From assembly GCA_900088475.1 (NCBI GenBank), contig FLMG01004374.1, forward strand, positions 168,452 to 232,451: a DNA stretch of 64,000 nt, written 5' to 3'. This DNA comes from Hyphochytrium catenoides (taxonomy: Eukaryota; Protista; Hyphochytriomycota). Every line of letters begins with the position of its first letter. Position 1 is the first letter of the stretch. This document shows, in pieces, positions 11,094-23,300 of the stretch. Under the pieces are notes generated by a model. That model did not search any database, was not told where the DNA came from, and saw nothing but the letters and a program-made list of their open reading frames with translations. Position numbers and translations under genes: made by a program.

Positions 11094-12561
11094 TCAAACT
11101 TCCCAACACTTGCTAATAGTGAGTTGGAAGGCTTCATCGTCAAAGACGAGGCAACTAATGTCTTCGCAATATTTCCGGAAGTCCTCAAGTTGCACTTTTC
11201 CTCCTCTCGCTTTCTCGATCTCCTCCCACTAAGGCGAAGTATTTTCCTTAGCGGCAGTCGAGGGTACAAATAAAGACTTTACATGCTTACCAGCGGATGG
11301 GTTCTAAAGTTTCTCCGGACAGCGTCCTCCGTTGTTGCTCCTCGTCGTACGTCGGGGTGTCTGGAAGCATCAAATAGCTTGAATAGAGCCGCAATTGTTA
11401 CATTTCCTCCGCAGAGCCTCGATATATCCTGGTACACCCTTTCAATGGCTCCCAGCCGTTGTGGCTTGGCAGGGCCTCTTAACAGATCAAGGAACCTTTG
11501 AGTTTCCAAAGGTCCCTCTTTTCCCCTAGTTAGATAGCTCCAAGTCTGCGTACAACGTGTCATTGCTGAGGAGGTGCCCTTCACTGCTATTTCTAGGTTC
11601 GCTACTGACCTGCTCTCTGTCTGCCTCGCTCAGACGGATTTGAATGTTCTCCCAGAGGGCGGTATACTGCTCCAATGTGATAGTCGGCCCACAAAGACTC
11701 TGGACCCTAGAAGGGAAGAGGCCATTGTGAAGTAGTCAACTACTGTGCGCCCTGAAGCTCCACGTCAGCATTGTAGCTTCCCTCTCCTACCTATTGCAAA
11801 AGTCACTATAGCAGTAATTTGCGAGCACTTTCTCTCTCAACTTCTCTACCGAAGGTGGAGCTCCTGGTAGCCAGCGAAGTACCTGGGTTCTGTAGAGCGG
11901 ATTCACTCCTGCACATCCGAAGTCAAGAATGAGCAGACCCAAATACTACTTCGACGCGATTTGATCATCTGTCAACCTTACCATACGCCGTTTGCTTTTC
12001 AGTTTGATATCGAACTTGAGACATGACCGGAGTCTCTTTCGTCCATCGCTCACGATAAGCTTCCATCTCCGCTGGAGGCATGCCGCCCTTAAGCTTGAAG
12101 CTGCTACCAAACTCTGAAACCTCTGGGTTGGCGGGGTCAGCGAATGAGGCGGCAGTGACTGTCTTCCACTTTTCGCTTGTCTGAGTTCGATCTGCGTTGA
12201 TGATGTTGTTATAGTCAAATCTCTCTGCTGATTGCCCTATCGGTGAGCGGAGTGCGCCACCGTACTGCTCTCTATGTATGCCAGCTCCTGAGGTTGATTA
12301 GGACGAGGAATGGGTCATTTCTATTCTCTTTATAACTGGGCGATGATCTCGTCCACAGACCTTCTTCCTGCATCTCCCTAGTCGTGGACCGAAACTGTTG
12401 ACCTCCGGGGAAGCCGTTGGGCTTTAGAAGGGGATTATACTCCTCCTCTACCCAATTTCCCTGCAAATCTACAACGTTAGGGCTAGGACCATTATCCTTT
12501 CCATCGGCACACTTACCAACTTAGTCCTAGAGCTGTACTGGTTCCTTCCTCCACGGAGCAT
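11094..12561 (-). CDS. Calcyphosin-like (CAPS/CAPSL) EF-hand-family protein with an N-terminal YSSRTKLGNWVEE ciliary motif (multi-exon)
   Basis: Start MLRGGRNQYSSRTKL|GNWVEEEY. Calcyphosin-type C-terminal half: FLDLLRGPAKPQRLGAIERVY..FDASRHPDVRRGATTEDAV..GKVQLEDFRKYCEDISCLVFDDEAFQLTISKCWEV*. Confidence 0.75.
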
Positions 12562-12896
12562 GTTTGTTCCAGCAGGCTCATGCTGGCTTCGCTTTTTATG
12601 CATCTTCGCACTTGGTCGGTCCTTGTGTAAGAAGCACTTGGACTCTAACAGACGAACTTAACCAACAGCAGCTGATAATGAGTTTATTATGGCTGCCACT
12701 ATCTTTAGTAAGTTGCGGTAGGCCTCTTATCTGTAGGTCGATTGATTGAACCTTTATCTTGAAGCAGGATTTGCCATTAAGTGCTATTGGCCGCTTGATT
12801 TTGGCCGGCAATGGTTACGATGTTTATCGGCGAAGCTGTGAGAAACAGAGACAAGCTATACGAAGGTAGAATCATAGCGAACCCAGAGACAGGAAT

Positions 12897-12967
12897 AGGA
12901 GAGAGAGAGAGAGTGAGAGAGAGAGAAAAGGAAAGGGACAAAGATTTTGAGGCAGAGAGAGGAAAAG

Positions 12968-13024
<57 letters not shown>

Positions 13025-13025
13025 G
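12897..13025. repeat. (GA)n-rich microsatellite
   Basis: Runs of gagaga/gacaga are directly visible. Confidence 0.9.
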
Positions 13026-13815
13026 AAAGAAGAAATAAAAGGGAGAGGAGATGTGGGTAGGGAGCAAGAAGAGAGGAGCGGTGTTCGCAACCAACAAGAA
13101 ATACTATCTCAAAGAAGCACAGGCATGTGCGGAGGACAGACAAAGGGAAACAGAAAGGGCAAAAAGACAGCTACAGAGACAGAAGGAAGAAAGACAGTCC
13201 GAGAGCTAGCCTTTATAAAGACGGCCGAGACGAGAAGCTAGCGGCCGGCCAAACTCAGAGCCATCATCCGCTCATAGCCCATTTTCTCTCAGTAACCGAC
13301 AGCCGCAGAGCCGGTACCGGCAACCCACCAGCGGTGTGGTAATCCGTTCCCTCGGAGATTCAGTTACTGCAATCCAGTAACCGGACCTTGCATCCGGTCA
13401 GCTCAAGCCTTCACTCGGTTTGTTCGCGTGGTCGCCGTCATGAGTGAGAACTCCAAGGGAAAAGTTGATGAAGATTTTCGGCCAGTTCCTTCCTGCACGA
13501 GGTAGCAGAAGGCCAATCACTGATCAATCGTCCCGCCTTCATCAGAAGCTGAGTTCTCGAGATCAGACCCGACCCGACCTTGCACGTCTTCATGGCTACT
13601 CTATCACGCTGCGCTCTTACCCATCAGGATGCATCGTAGAAGGTGCTTCAGTGGGATTAGATCTCACATGATAGGGTAGTACGACAGAATTGAGGCCCGC
13701 TCGGACAGGATCACAAACACGACGACCACGACATAAACCTTCCTGTGTAGCTAACCTCGCACTTGAACCCTTCTGCTCTACGCGAGCGGTGGTCTCGGTT
13801 GCAGCTTGTTCTAAC

Positions 13816-16185
13816 ATGGTGGATCTGGCTAACTATTTTGAGACTGGGACGAGCGTTGGGTAGGAAATAATTGATCGTCTCTGAACCTAATGTAGCCGTT
13901 GCCTGACCTGCCACGTATGTAGGTCGCTGCTGCTCATTCTTATGATCATCTTCTTTCCGGCCATCATTATTGGTCTGAAGGCTATTCTTCTTGATGCAAA
14001 GATGTAAGTGTGTCATAAGCCTTTCACTCTTTTCCTTCGCCATCCTCTTCCCAAAACCACACCGTCTTCTCTGAAAGTAACCCCCGAAACCTGCTGTATG
14101 GCACAGTACCGGTTCGCCCACAAGTGTCTACAGAGCGACAAGGAATCCACCTATCAATGGGGCTGTGTACTACCCATACGGCATATCGGAGATGCAGGTA
14201 TTCGTACAGTCCAAGGCCTTCTTATCTCGATATTTCTTTTTTTTTGTTCAGTATTGAAGGGTCCTGATGCAGGGGAAAAGGCCTTACATGGAGGATCGGC
14301 ACATAGCATTTGCAGACTTTGAAGGTAGTAGAGACAGCCACTACACCATGTCCTCTTTACTATTCATCGTTGATACTAAGCCCTCATTATTGTGCAGACG
14401 ACAGCATGTCTTTCTACGGTGTTTTCGACGGCCATGGTGGGAGCACAGCCTCACAGTAAGCAGATATAAGAAGCAGACCATCCGCCTCTTATACCTTGCC
14501 TCTCTTTGACTACTACTACTCACCTTCTCCTGGATCTCACATTGTTCTTTTCCCTACCGAACGTCCCTCAATCCAGATTTTGTGCCGATCATCTTCCCCA
14601 GAATCTTAGAGCGATGAGTACCTTGAAGTCGGATCCTGCAGAGTCACTAAAAACAGCCTTCCTTCTTACAGACAAAGCGGTAGGGCGTCCTTGGCCCTTC
14701 AGATAGTTCTCATCTTTGCAGCTATCCCATCATGTCTCGTTCTCCCAACAATTCCTTCTGCGCTTTGTCACCTCCTTGACTACGGCTCAAACTGTAGTGC
14801 TGGTTATCACACTTTGTCCCCTTTACGTCGTCATGTCATGTGCGTCATGTTGGTTTATCTTCACCTTCATATTCTCTTCCACTGCTCATCCTCACATCAA
14901 TGCCCTTCAATGTTCGTGTACCTATCTCCTTCTAATAGTACCTCGATCTGGCAAGTAAAAGGGGCTTGAATGACGGAACCACAGCTTTGGCCTTATTGGT
15001 CCATGGCGAGAACCTCTATGTTGCGAATGGTACGGGTTGTTAATCCTTTGAAAGGGAGACTTGACTTGTTGATGTTGATTCGTAGCTGGGGATTCCCGAG
15101 CCATACTAATTCAGAAGGGAGGCAAAGTGGTCCCTCTGTCCAATGACCACAAGGTCAGTAAGGGAGATGGCATTCGTTATAATACGGATGTGAGAGGGAT
15201 AAGTGCTATAGGGAGGTTGCAAAAGACAGAGAGAGAGAGAATTGGAGGACGAAGGTGGCTGCTGGAGTCCGCGAAAGTGCTAGAAGAGAGAATGGAAGCG
15301 TTTCTCTCGAGGACATATTGATGGACTCAAGGCTGTCAAGGCTAAGGGTTATGGTCAATGCCAGAGTGGGGGCCGGAAGGCAAGGAGTGAGCGGATTATC
15401 ATGCTTACGTCTCACTGTCATGTCCAGCCTAACCGACCCGACGAAAAGGAACGAATCACGGCTGCCGGAGGACACGTCGTCTTCTGGGGCGTGTGGCGGG
15501 TAGAGGGCATTCTGGCAGTCTCAAGGTAAGGTGAATCTTTATTGAGGTCGACATATACTTTATGTGTGATGGTTGATCTTTGCGTGAGAGGCGCAGGCCT
15601 AGTTACGTTGGATAATAGTAGAAGGACTCTGACTCATTCGTTCAACCTTGAATCTTTATGCAGAGCCGTCGGTGACAGAATGCTGAAGGATTTGGTGACA
15701 GCAGAGCCTGAAATCCAAAGCTGGCGAAGGACAGAAGAGGATCTTTTTGTCATGTTGGCATCAGATGGTGTCTGGGATACATTGTCGAATGACGAGGCGG
15801 GAAGCATTGTGCTCAAGGCCACTGACCCCAAGGTAAGTGGAAGATGAAACGAGCCGATTTTGATGAGGTCTTATCTTGGATAGAGGGCCAGAAACAAGGT
15901 TAGAAGCTAAAGGCTATCCACAAAGGACATTGAATGATGCGAGGGAGTAAGAACTATGTTGGAGACTAAGGGGAAAGAGATATGAATGGGAAGATCCTGG
16001 CCATCTGCCACTGTGGAGGCTAACTTGGCTTTGCAATGCAGACAGCTGCTAGAGAAGTCATGGAAGAGGCTTATAATCGCGGTAGCCTCGATAATATCTG
16101 CGTGCTGGTAGTTGATATTCGTGCTCCGAGAGATAGTAAGAACGAAGAGCGTGAGGAGAGCATCGAGGATAAGAAAGAATTGTGA
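13816..16185 (+). CDS. Protein phosphatase 2C (PPM family) with an N-terminal transmembrane anchor (PPM1L-like topology), about 11 exons
   Basis: Spliced translation: [15 protein letters not shown]|[25 protein letters not shown]|[28 protein letters not shown]|AGDSRA..LSNDHK|[20 protein letters not shown]|[25 protein letters not shown]. Stop TGA at 16183-16185. Confidence 0.92.
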
Positions 16186-16468
16186 ATATGCTTGAGCATA
16201 CATACGTCCGTCCTTCATTCGTTTACCCTCCACACATTTCTTGATAAGCTGGTGCCTCTCATCTGGGCATTAATTGCAAATCGCGCCATCTGTCTTGCCT
16301 TTGCTGGTGGTGACTCAGGCTGGTGGAGACAGACCCTTAGCAGTGGTCACCATACACCTCTCATAGCTGAGGATGCTGCCAAAGCATCCTCCAAACGAGC
16401 CAGCGTTGCTCACTGTTCCTATTCCTTCCAACCACTTTCGTTCCCTCGTAGAAATTGGCTGACTTCGC

Positions 16469-19417
16469 CTAAACGGTGAGGGCATAAGCTTCTTCCTCCT
16501 TCCTTAGCACTCCGTACTGTACGAGCAGCTCGAAGGTCTGCTTAGCTCCGGCATCCGATGGCATCTATGTACAAAAACTACCTTAGTAGCTATCATTGCG
16601 TGTAGGACATCTCTTGGGCAGGTTACCAATCGAACAGATAGAGGATCTCAAGCTCGCTGAGGGAGAGGAGGACGGCCACAACGGAGGAGTCGACACAGAG
16701 ATTGAGATAGAAGCTGGCAAGGAGACTACGATAGTTGGTCCTGCACAGGGACTCAGTTCCCTTGAAAGAGCCGAAGATATAAAGAGTGAGCGTAGCTCCT
16801 CGCTACCTGAGGCAGAGCAGCCGTGGCTGTATACTGGCTAAGAAGTTCCATCAAGGTCTTCTCTACCGCGTGACCTTGAGCTGGGGGCACTAGAGCGCGA
16901 AGCAGCTTGATCACACGGCCCTTCATGTGTTTGTTTCTCTCTGATAGCTCCACCAAGCTGTGCTGGGACTGACAACAGCGGTTGATTACAACCCCTATGA
17001 AGGAGATAGTGGAGATAAGATAGCGATACCAGGCCTAGTTCATTCTGAGCCTCCCGAAGTCTGTCGTCGATATTCTTGATCGCAGACTGCAGCTGAGAAA
17101 TTGTTTAGCATCCTGAAAGAAGGTCTGACGAAGTTAACCCAACGAGGCAGTAAAGCTTGACATTGCAATAAAGCGAGACAGACGAACAAGCAGTATATAA
17201 CCGATAGGTTGCAAGCGCCATGATCGAGATCATAGACCATACGATGATGCACACTTATAATGTTGGGACTAAGTGCTCACCATATCCTGTGAGCTAAGCT
17301 CCTCGAGCGAGCTCCTAAGCAACGAGGCCTGCTTTTCCATCTGGTGCAGATTTGCTTTGGCTGTTTAGAGAGAAATGCGCGGAGAAAGCGAGCGTTAGGT
17401 CAATGTCAGACTCTTTGATAGCGCACTGCATCACTTCTAAGCTGGAGAGAAAGCCGGTGTCTCCTCTCGGTTATTTTATGTTTCAAGCCAGGAGCGCTGA
17501 CATAAAAATAAGCAGCATGAGACCGTGATACCTTTCTCTAGATACAGGATCCTTTTCTGGTGTCTCTCCTCTTCTTCAGAGTACTTCCTCTTTTTGCCGA
17601 CATTAGCTGCTTCTTCTTCGTTAGCTTTCAGTGCTGCCTCCTTCTCTCCAAGCTGAGCCGTCAGTTCCTCTTGTTGCCCCTGTTACCAGACCGCAGAACA
17701 ATTAGTACTCGAGCTGCTTTCGTATAGTCTAATATGACAAAGTTCCTGATGCAGTTCTAGACAATAGTTCCAGCTGCTGTTGGGCAAGAGGAGAGCTGGA
17801 CAAGTCCTCTTCTTCTCCCCTTCTCTGCCACTCGCCGCATCTTTCCCTGGCCTCTCTTCTCCTTTCGGGTTGCTCTTCCCCTACGAACCCTACCAAAATG
17901 ATCGGCAGTGCAGCTGCGTCCCCTATAAATGGAACTCTCTTCAAGAATGCCCCCCTTTTAGTTGTAATGACCTACCAGAAGCTCTGAGAGTTCTTGCTGT
18001 GCGTTTTGGAGCTCTGTTCTCACTTCCTGTGCCCGCCGTTCAAATCCCTGTTCCTCCCCACGTTCCCATTGTTGTATGCGAGACAGTAGGTCTTCTCGCT
18101 TGGCCGACGCCGCTTGCAGCCGCTACAGAGGGGTCATGAGACTTCACCTCTTGGCAGATGATGATGACACAAAATTTCGCACGCAAAGGGACAAACTGCC
18201 AAGAGATCTGCAGAGGGGGCCTTCAAGCAAGAAACGGTGTACATCGGGAGCAGAGAAATTCTTACGTTTTCAACCTCTCTGAGGTCTTCTTCCAAGCGTT
18301 GTAGCGTTTGGTTGCGCTCCATCTACAGAATAGTTTGTCCAGAGAGACAGAGAAGGACGTCGCCTATCAGGGCATGGCAGCGCAAGTCACAGGCACTATG
18401 AGATAGGAACCCTGACCTGGAGGCTTTCTTCCAACTGGGAAGCGGTCAGCCGCAGCTAGAGAGACAAGCACAAGGGGCCGAAGTGGATGTTACCGATAAG
18501 AGACAGAGATAGTTATAGATATGGTCTACGCTGTGATTGAGGGTGCCTTCAAACAGCTAGGCAGCCCATTAGGCAAGGAACAAAAATTAGACCACTCACA
18601 TCCGCTGACTGTCTGCGTCTTTCTGTCTCGAGAGCCTTCTTTTCAGCCGCAGCACTCTTAATTGCTTCATTCGCTACAAGGAGGAGAAAGGGAGGAGCCT
18701 TCAGGAGCTGGAGGATCGAAGACCGCTCATAGGGCGAAGAGAGGGCAAGGAGAATATAGTCTGATTGTAAGAAATAAAAAAGTGTGGCGTCTGTACAAGG
18801 AGGTTAGGGGATCTGTACCTTCCTTCAATAGTTCTTCCAAAAGGATCAACTTCTCCTTAGACTTGGAAGTTGACAGCGTCTGCAGGTCTGATTCAGAGAC
18901 TAGACGGTAGACCTAGAAGCAATCATAGTGAGCAAGCCAGGCCTTATATAACACACCAGCCGTCCTGACGGCTCGATGCTTAAGCCAGGCCACATGTAGA
19001 ATGGGGATGGGGCTACTGAATGACAGAGAGATTATCCAACAGATGGGAGGTGACAAAAATGGAGCATATCGAGGGGCCTTCAAAACAAACCACGACGAGA
19101 GCCTCGGCCGAGCTCATCACGCACCAGTTGTGGCCTCTTACTGCTAAGAATCTCTTTAGTTACAGCCTCCTGTTGCTCGAGTGTGGAGTTGACATTACGG
19201 ATCTAGAGACATGGAGTTAACGGACGGCTCCCTTCCACATTGCCGTCTTTGGAGAACTCGTTTCGAAGGTGTTCAAACATAAAGAAGAAGGGTATCCTCC
19301 CATCCGCGGTGCAAGACTTCATACGCCCGCCTTGGTCAGGGCTTTCCCTACCTTCTCGTAGATCGCTTGCAGCTGAGACAGTGCTTGCTCCAGAGCTGGC
19401 GCTCGGTTCTCGCTCAT
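16469..19417 (-). CDS. Coiled-coil protein resembling centromere protein K (CENP-K)
   Basis: Many short coiled-coil exons start from MSENRAPALEQALSQLQAIYEK|. The C-terminal exons KTLMELLSQY... and QTFELLVQYGVLRKEEEAYALTV* resemble the CENP-K C-terminal 'ELLLR.GIA' motif. Confidence 0.5.
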
Positions 19418-20045
19418 TGTTCCCGCTTATCCCGCTCTTGGCAGGAGGGAAGGTCAAGAAGGCGAAAAGGAGATCTAGTCTCCTCTAGTGCCGAACCAGA
19501 ACGATCGCACGCGGACTATTGGTTTCCAGCGTTCTGCAATACGGTGAATCTTTCACTCCCTGTCTCTACGGACGGCTAATGTCATGAACTTTCCTTGCAC
19601 TCCTGGCCTGGCCTCCTGGCTGAAAGGCTCTCCTGCACGAAAGGACGTCCTCGTAGTTTGAGCGGTGGAAGGAGAACCACAACGAGAGCCAAGAGAAGAA
19701 GCACCCAGGCGGGAAGAGAGACTGAAGAGGTCGTAGTTCCTAACGACCGAGACAGAGTGACGGGCGCCTTGCCTTGTGTTTTGAATTCACACGCCGCCGC
19801 GGGAAGTAAATGCCGCCCATAATTATGGTTATCACAGATAAGTAGCTATATTAACCCTAAGTCACTAGCTCTAGCAATACCCATAGGAAACTGTGAAATA
19901 TGGGCCTTCAAGGTTTTATGGGAGGGGCAGCATGTGGGTAATAAGGGCGTTACAAAAATGTTCTATCGTTCGCAGTGAAGAAGCCGTCGCCGATGCGCGT
20001 CCATCGAGGAGAGAGACTGGGTCAGAGTGAGGAGGAGGAGGAGGA

Positions 20046-20116
20046 AGAGAGAGAGAGAGAGACAGAGACAGAGAGAGAGAGAGAGAGACAGAGAGAGAGA
20101 GACAGAGAGAGAGAGA
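20046..20116. repeat. (GA)n/(GACA) microsatellite
   Basis: Directly visible dinucleotide run. Confidence 0.9.
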
Positions 20117-20322
20117 CCTGGACCGGAGACCCATAGATAAGAGGTTGCCCTCGAGATCGACATAGGAGGCACAGAGAGCAATATAATGCATAGAGCCGAT
20201 CTCGGTAGGGTTGGCCGCGTGGCTGCTTTGTGTTGGCTTCTTAGGACCGTACATGTTGGGATGAAAGGCGAGATGGGCCAGCTGGTAAGGGTAGCAGCAC
20301 TTTAGCGCCCCTGGACCCAAGG

Positions 20323-23300
20323 ATGCCAATGGCTCCATCACCTGGAAGGAGAGACGAGGGGTCTGATAAGGCCCTTTACCTTCCCAAGGCGACAAAGTCC
20401 AACACTCTAACCGGCAAAGGACGTTTTTTCAGAGCAGTAAGCCGGAAGATTGTGTCCATCCTTGAACGCAAGCGAAGACTGGCAGTCGGCGCATCTGCCG
20501 CCAGACTGGACATGAAGCTGGGCTGCTGGCTTTATAAACTGGAGGATTATGGAAAGGTACTAGTCGTGCGACGCGCTCTAACGCGGTCAATCTTCTGCTT
20601 CCTGTGACTCGATAACCCCATAGAAGTGCATCTGCTCAACAGTCTGGTTATCCTTTGCCTGTCTCTCACTTCAGGTCTTCGTCCTCCCTGCTTGTTTTGC
20701 GTCTTACACAGTTCTCTTCGAGATCAATCCTATACCACTGAACTTACGGTCCCGCTTGATTTTCCCCAGGCCCTTCAGAGCTTCCGCAAGGCACAAGAGT
20801 ACGGAGCTCCCGTTCAAGGCACCGCTCTCTTGCACTTCGGTGGGTCGCAACTCCCTCCTTCTCTGGTTCACCTTAGTAGCTGCCGCGCATACTTTCCAAA
20901 AGGCTGGCTTATGCGATGTGCTAAGCCAATACTCTTCTGCTCTCTATACTCGTCCGCTGCTCGACTCTGCCCCCATCTTACTTGCAGCGGACGCATGCTA
21001 CAAAATGTATTTAGACACGGCAGAAAGGGCTGACCTGCTCCAATGCCAGTCCTTATATGCGGTCAGTATCTAATGCGGAACCTCTCAGAGCTTTTGCAAG
21101 CTTTCTCGTTGAGCTCTCCCACCTATTGGTCTGACCCTCTTCACTTAGAGAACTTCACGTCCCTTGACATCTTCGTGAAGGGGTTGCAGCGATAGGGCTT
21201 CTCCTTCTATCTCCAACATCGCTAATGTGCCTTCCATGCCTTCGCTCTTTACTCATCGTCGTCCTGATTACGCTGTGTCTCTTACGTATCTATCTACCTC
21301 TTGCATCCGTGTGCAGGCTGCTTCGAAGCACGTCAGTTATGTCAATAATCAGACTGTGATCCTTCGGATGGCGCTGGTGTACCAGCACCTGCAGCAGATG
21401 AGAGGGTCTCTAGCGATTTTGTCCCATTTCGCCCAGGTGGACTCCACTCGTTGTCTTTCTGTTTCCTTTCTCCTTAGCAAGGATATATACGCGCTTTGTT
21501 AGATCTTGATGGGCGAGGAGAGAATTATAGCAGTTAATGCACGGAAGTGACCAAGTAAGAGAATGGGATGAGGTTGGATAGAAAGAGTGACGCTTAGACC
21601 ATGGGCGGTTAGGAGCCTTACCTCTGACGAACAGAGTGATGAGCACGATCATCTAATACTATGTGGTCGATTAGGCTTTTCCACATTCGGAAAAGATGAG
21701 CGAGGCTCTTCTCCTCTCGGTTAGTGCGATTTTCCATATAGAGAGTAGGCTTAGAAGAGTCCAAGAAGCGAAAAGAGAGGAGCTCAAGAGGCAGGGAAAG
21801 GAAGTGCCGCCTTCCTCAGTGTCAGCAAGCAGTATTGTGCACCTACGGCAGGCGATTGTGTACATGAAGTTACTGGAGAGGCATAGGCACCTGGTTAGAA
21901 GAGAGTGGCAGCACTCTCACGCGCTACCTACCCTATCCCTCCTCTATTTGTGAGCTTTCTACCCTTCCTCACGCGCTCATTCTCTCTCTCTTCTTCAGTC
22001 TCTCTCTTGTTTTCTTTCCCACGGTCTCTTCACCCAACTTTTAACTATTGTCTCCTTTATTTCCCGATGACCATATTTCTACGGGGCTCCAAGAGGGACA
22101 TTGCCTCTTTGGCGTACTGCTCTGCTGAGATCCTTTTTAATAGAATTTACAGGACCTGTCAGAGACGGAAGTGAAGGTCATCTTTGCTCGGTTGCAGGAA
22201 TTTCTGGGAACAGCAGAGTCCCTACAGACGGCTCAAGGTCCGTTTGCCTCGAAATTCACTGAGCCATCCTTAAATCTATCCTCCGTCAGCTTGCAACCTG
22301 CTCCTTCCCTACAGCTCGGACAGTTCGTATGCTCAGCTCTCAGATTACAAGCTGTGCTTTGATTGATAAATAGTTTATGCTGAATGAGTAATCCCTCGCC
22401 GCTGAAAAAGCAAGAAGACCTTCTCTTCTGAACTGCGAACGCCTCTGCGTCGATTGCAACTTTTTTCTTCTGCTATAATGCTGACGGGCTGGCGTAAGAC
22501 TTCTATCAGCAGATCTACTGGTCAATTTTGGACAGGCAACCAAGTTCACGTCAACGAATGACCTTTGCGAACTGGTCCAGGAGCCCTGATCACTGGATCA
22601 TGTGGGCCAAGGTTGCGTTTTATTGGCCCGCTCGTTTCCCTTCACTTCTTCTGAGTGTTTAGTCGTCGTCGACCTCGCCATTCTACTTTCCCCTTTCTTC
22701 TTCCTCTCCGCTGTCTTGACTTCCCCTGCTACATCTCCGAAAGGGTGGACAATAAGATCGTTCCCATACGAGTCTTGCGGTCACTCAGTAAAGGGTTCTT
22801 AACCTGTTCCTAACTCCGTTTGGCGTACATTATAGACTTTCATGAAGCTTCAGTGTTATACCTTCGCTCTGGATTTCTTAGAGGAGGCCATAAGCCGCTT
22901 GCCGAACGCAACTCCAATTGAAGCCGGAGAGGGGAGCACTGCTCTCTTCTCATCCTTTGGCAGCATCGAGCCAGAGAGGTCATTTTGTCTCCTCTATGCG
23001 GATTGCAATTATCGTCTTGGTAATACCAAGCAGGCCGAGGATGCTGCAGTAAGGATTATAAGGAAACGAGCTTTCTGCCAAAGCTTAACCCCTTCACTAA
23101 ATATTGCCTCCACTCCAATCGTGTCTGCAGGAACGGGCTCTCCGTTTGACGCCTTATGACAATGAAGTGCGAGAGAGGCTTGTGAAGTACAACGGAGGGC
23201 GTTGGAGGTAAGAGTACGATAAGCTGAACCCGATGGACTTATAGTCCTTTGCCACTGGATTTCACTCGTCACATCTCGAGTTTGGTTTTGGGCCTCTATT

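Noticed and set aside
12777-13241. Several LSLSLS/ERERER ORFs
   Set aside because: These are translations of the GA microsatellite.
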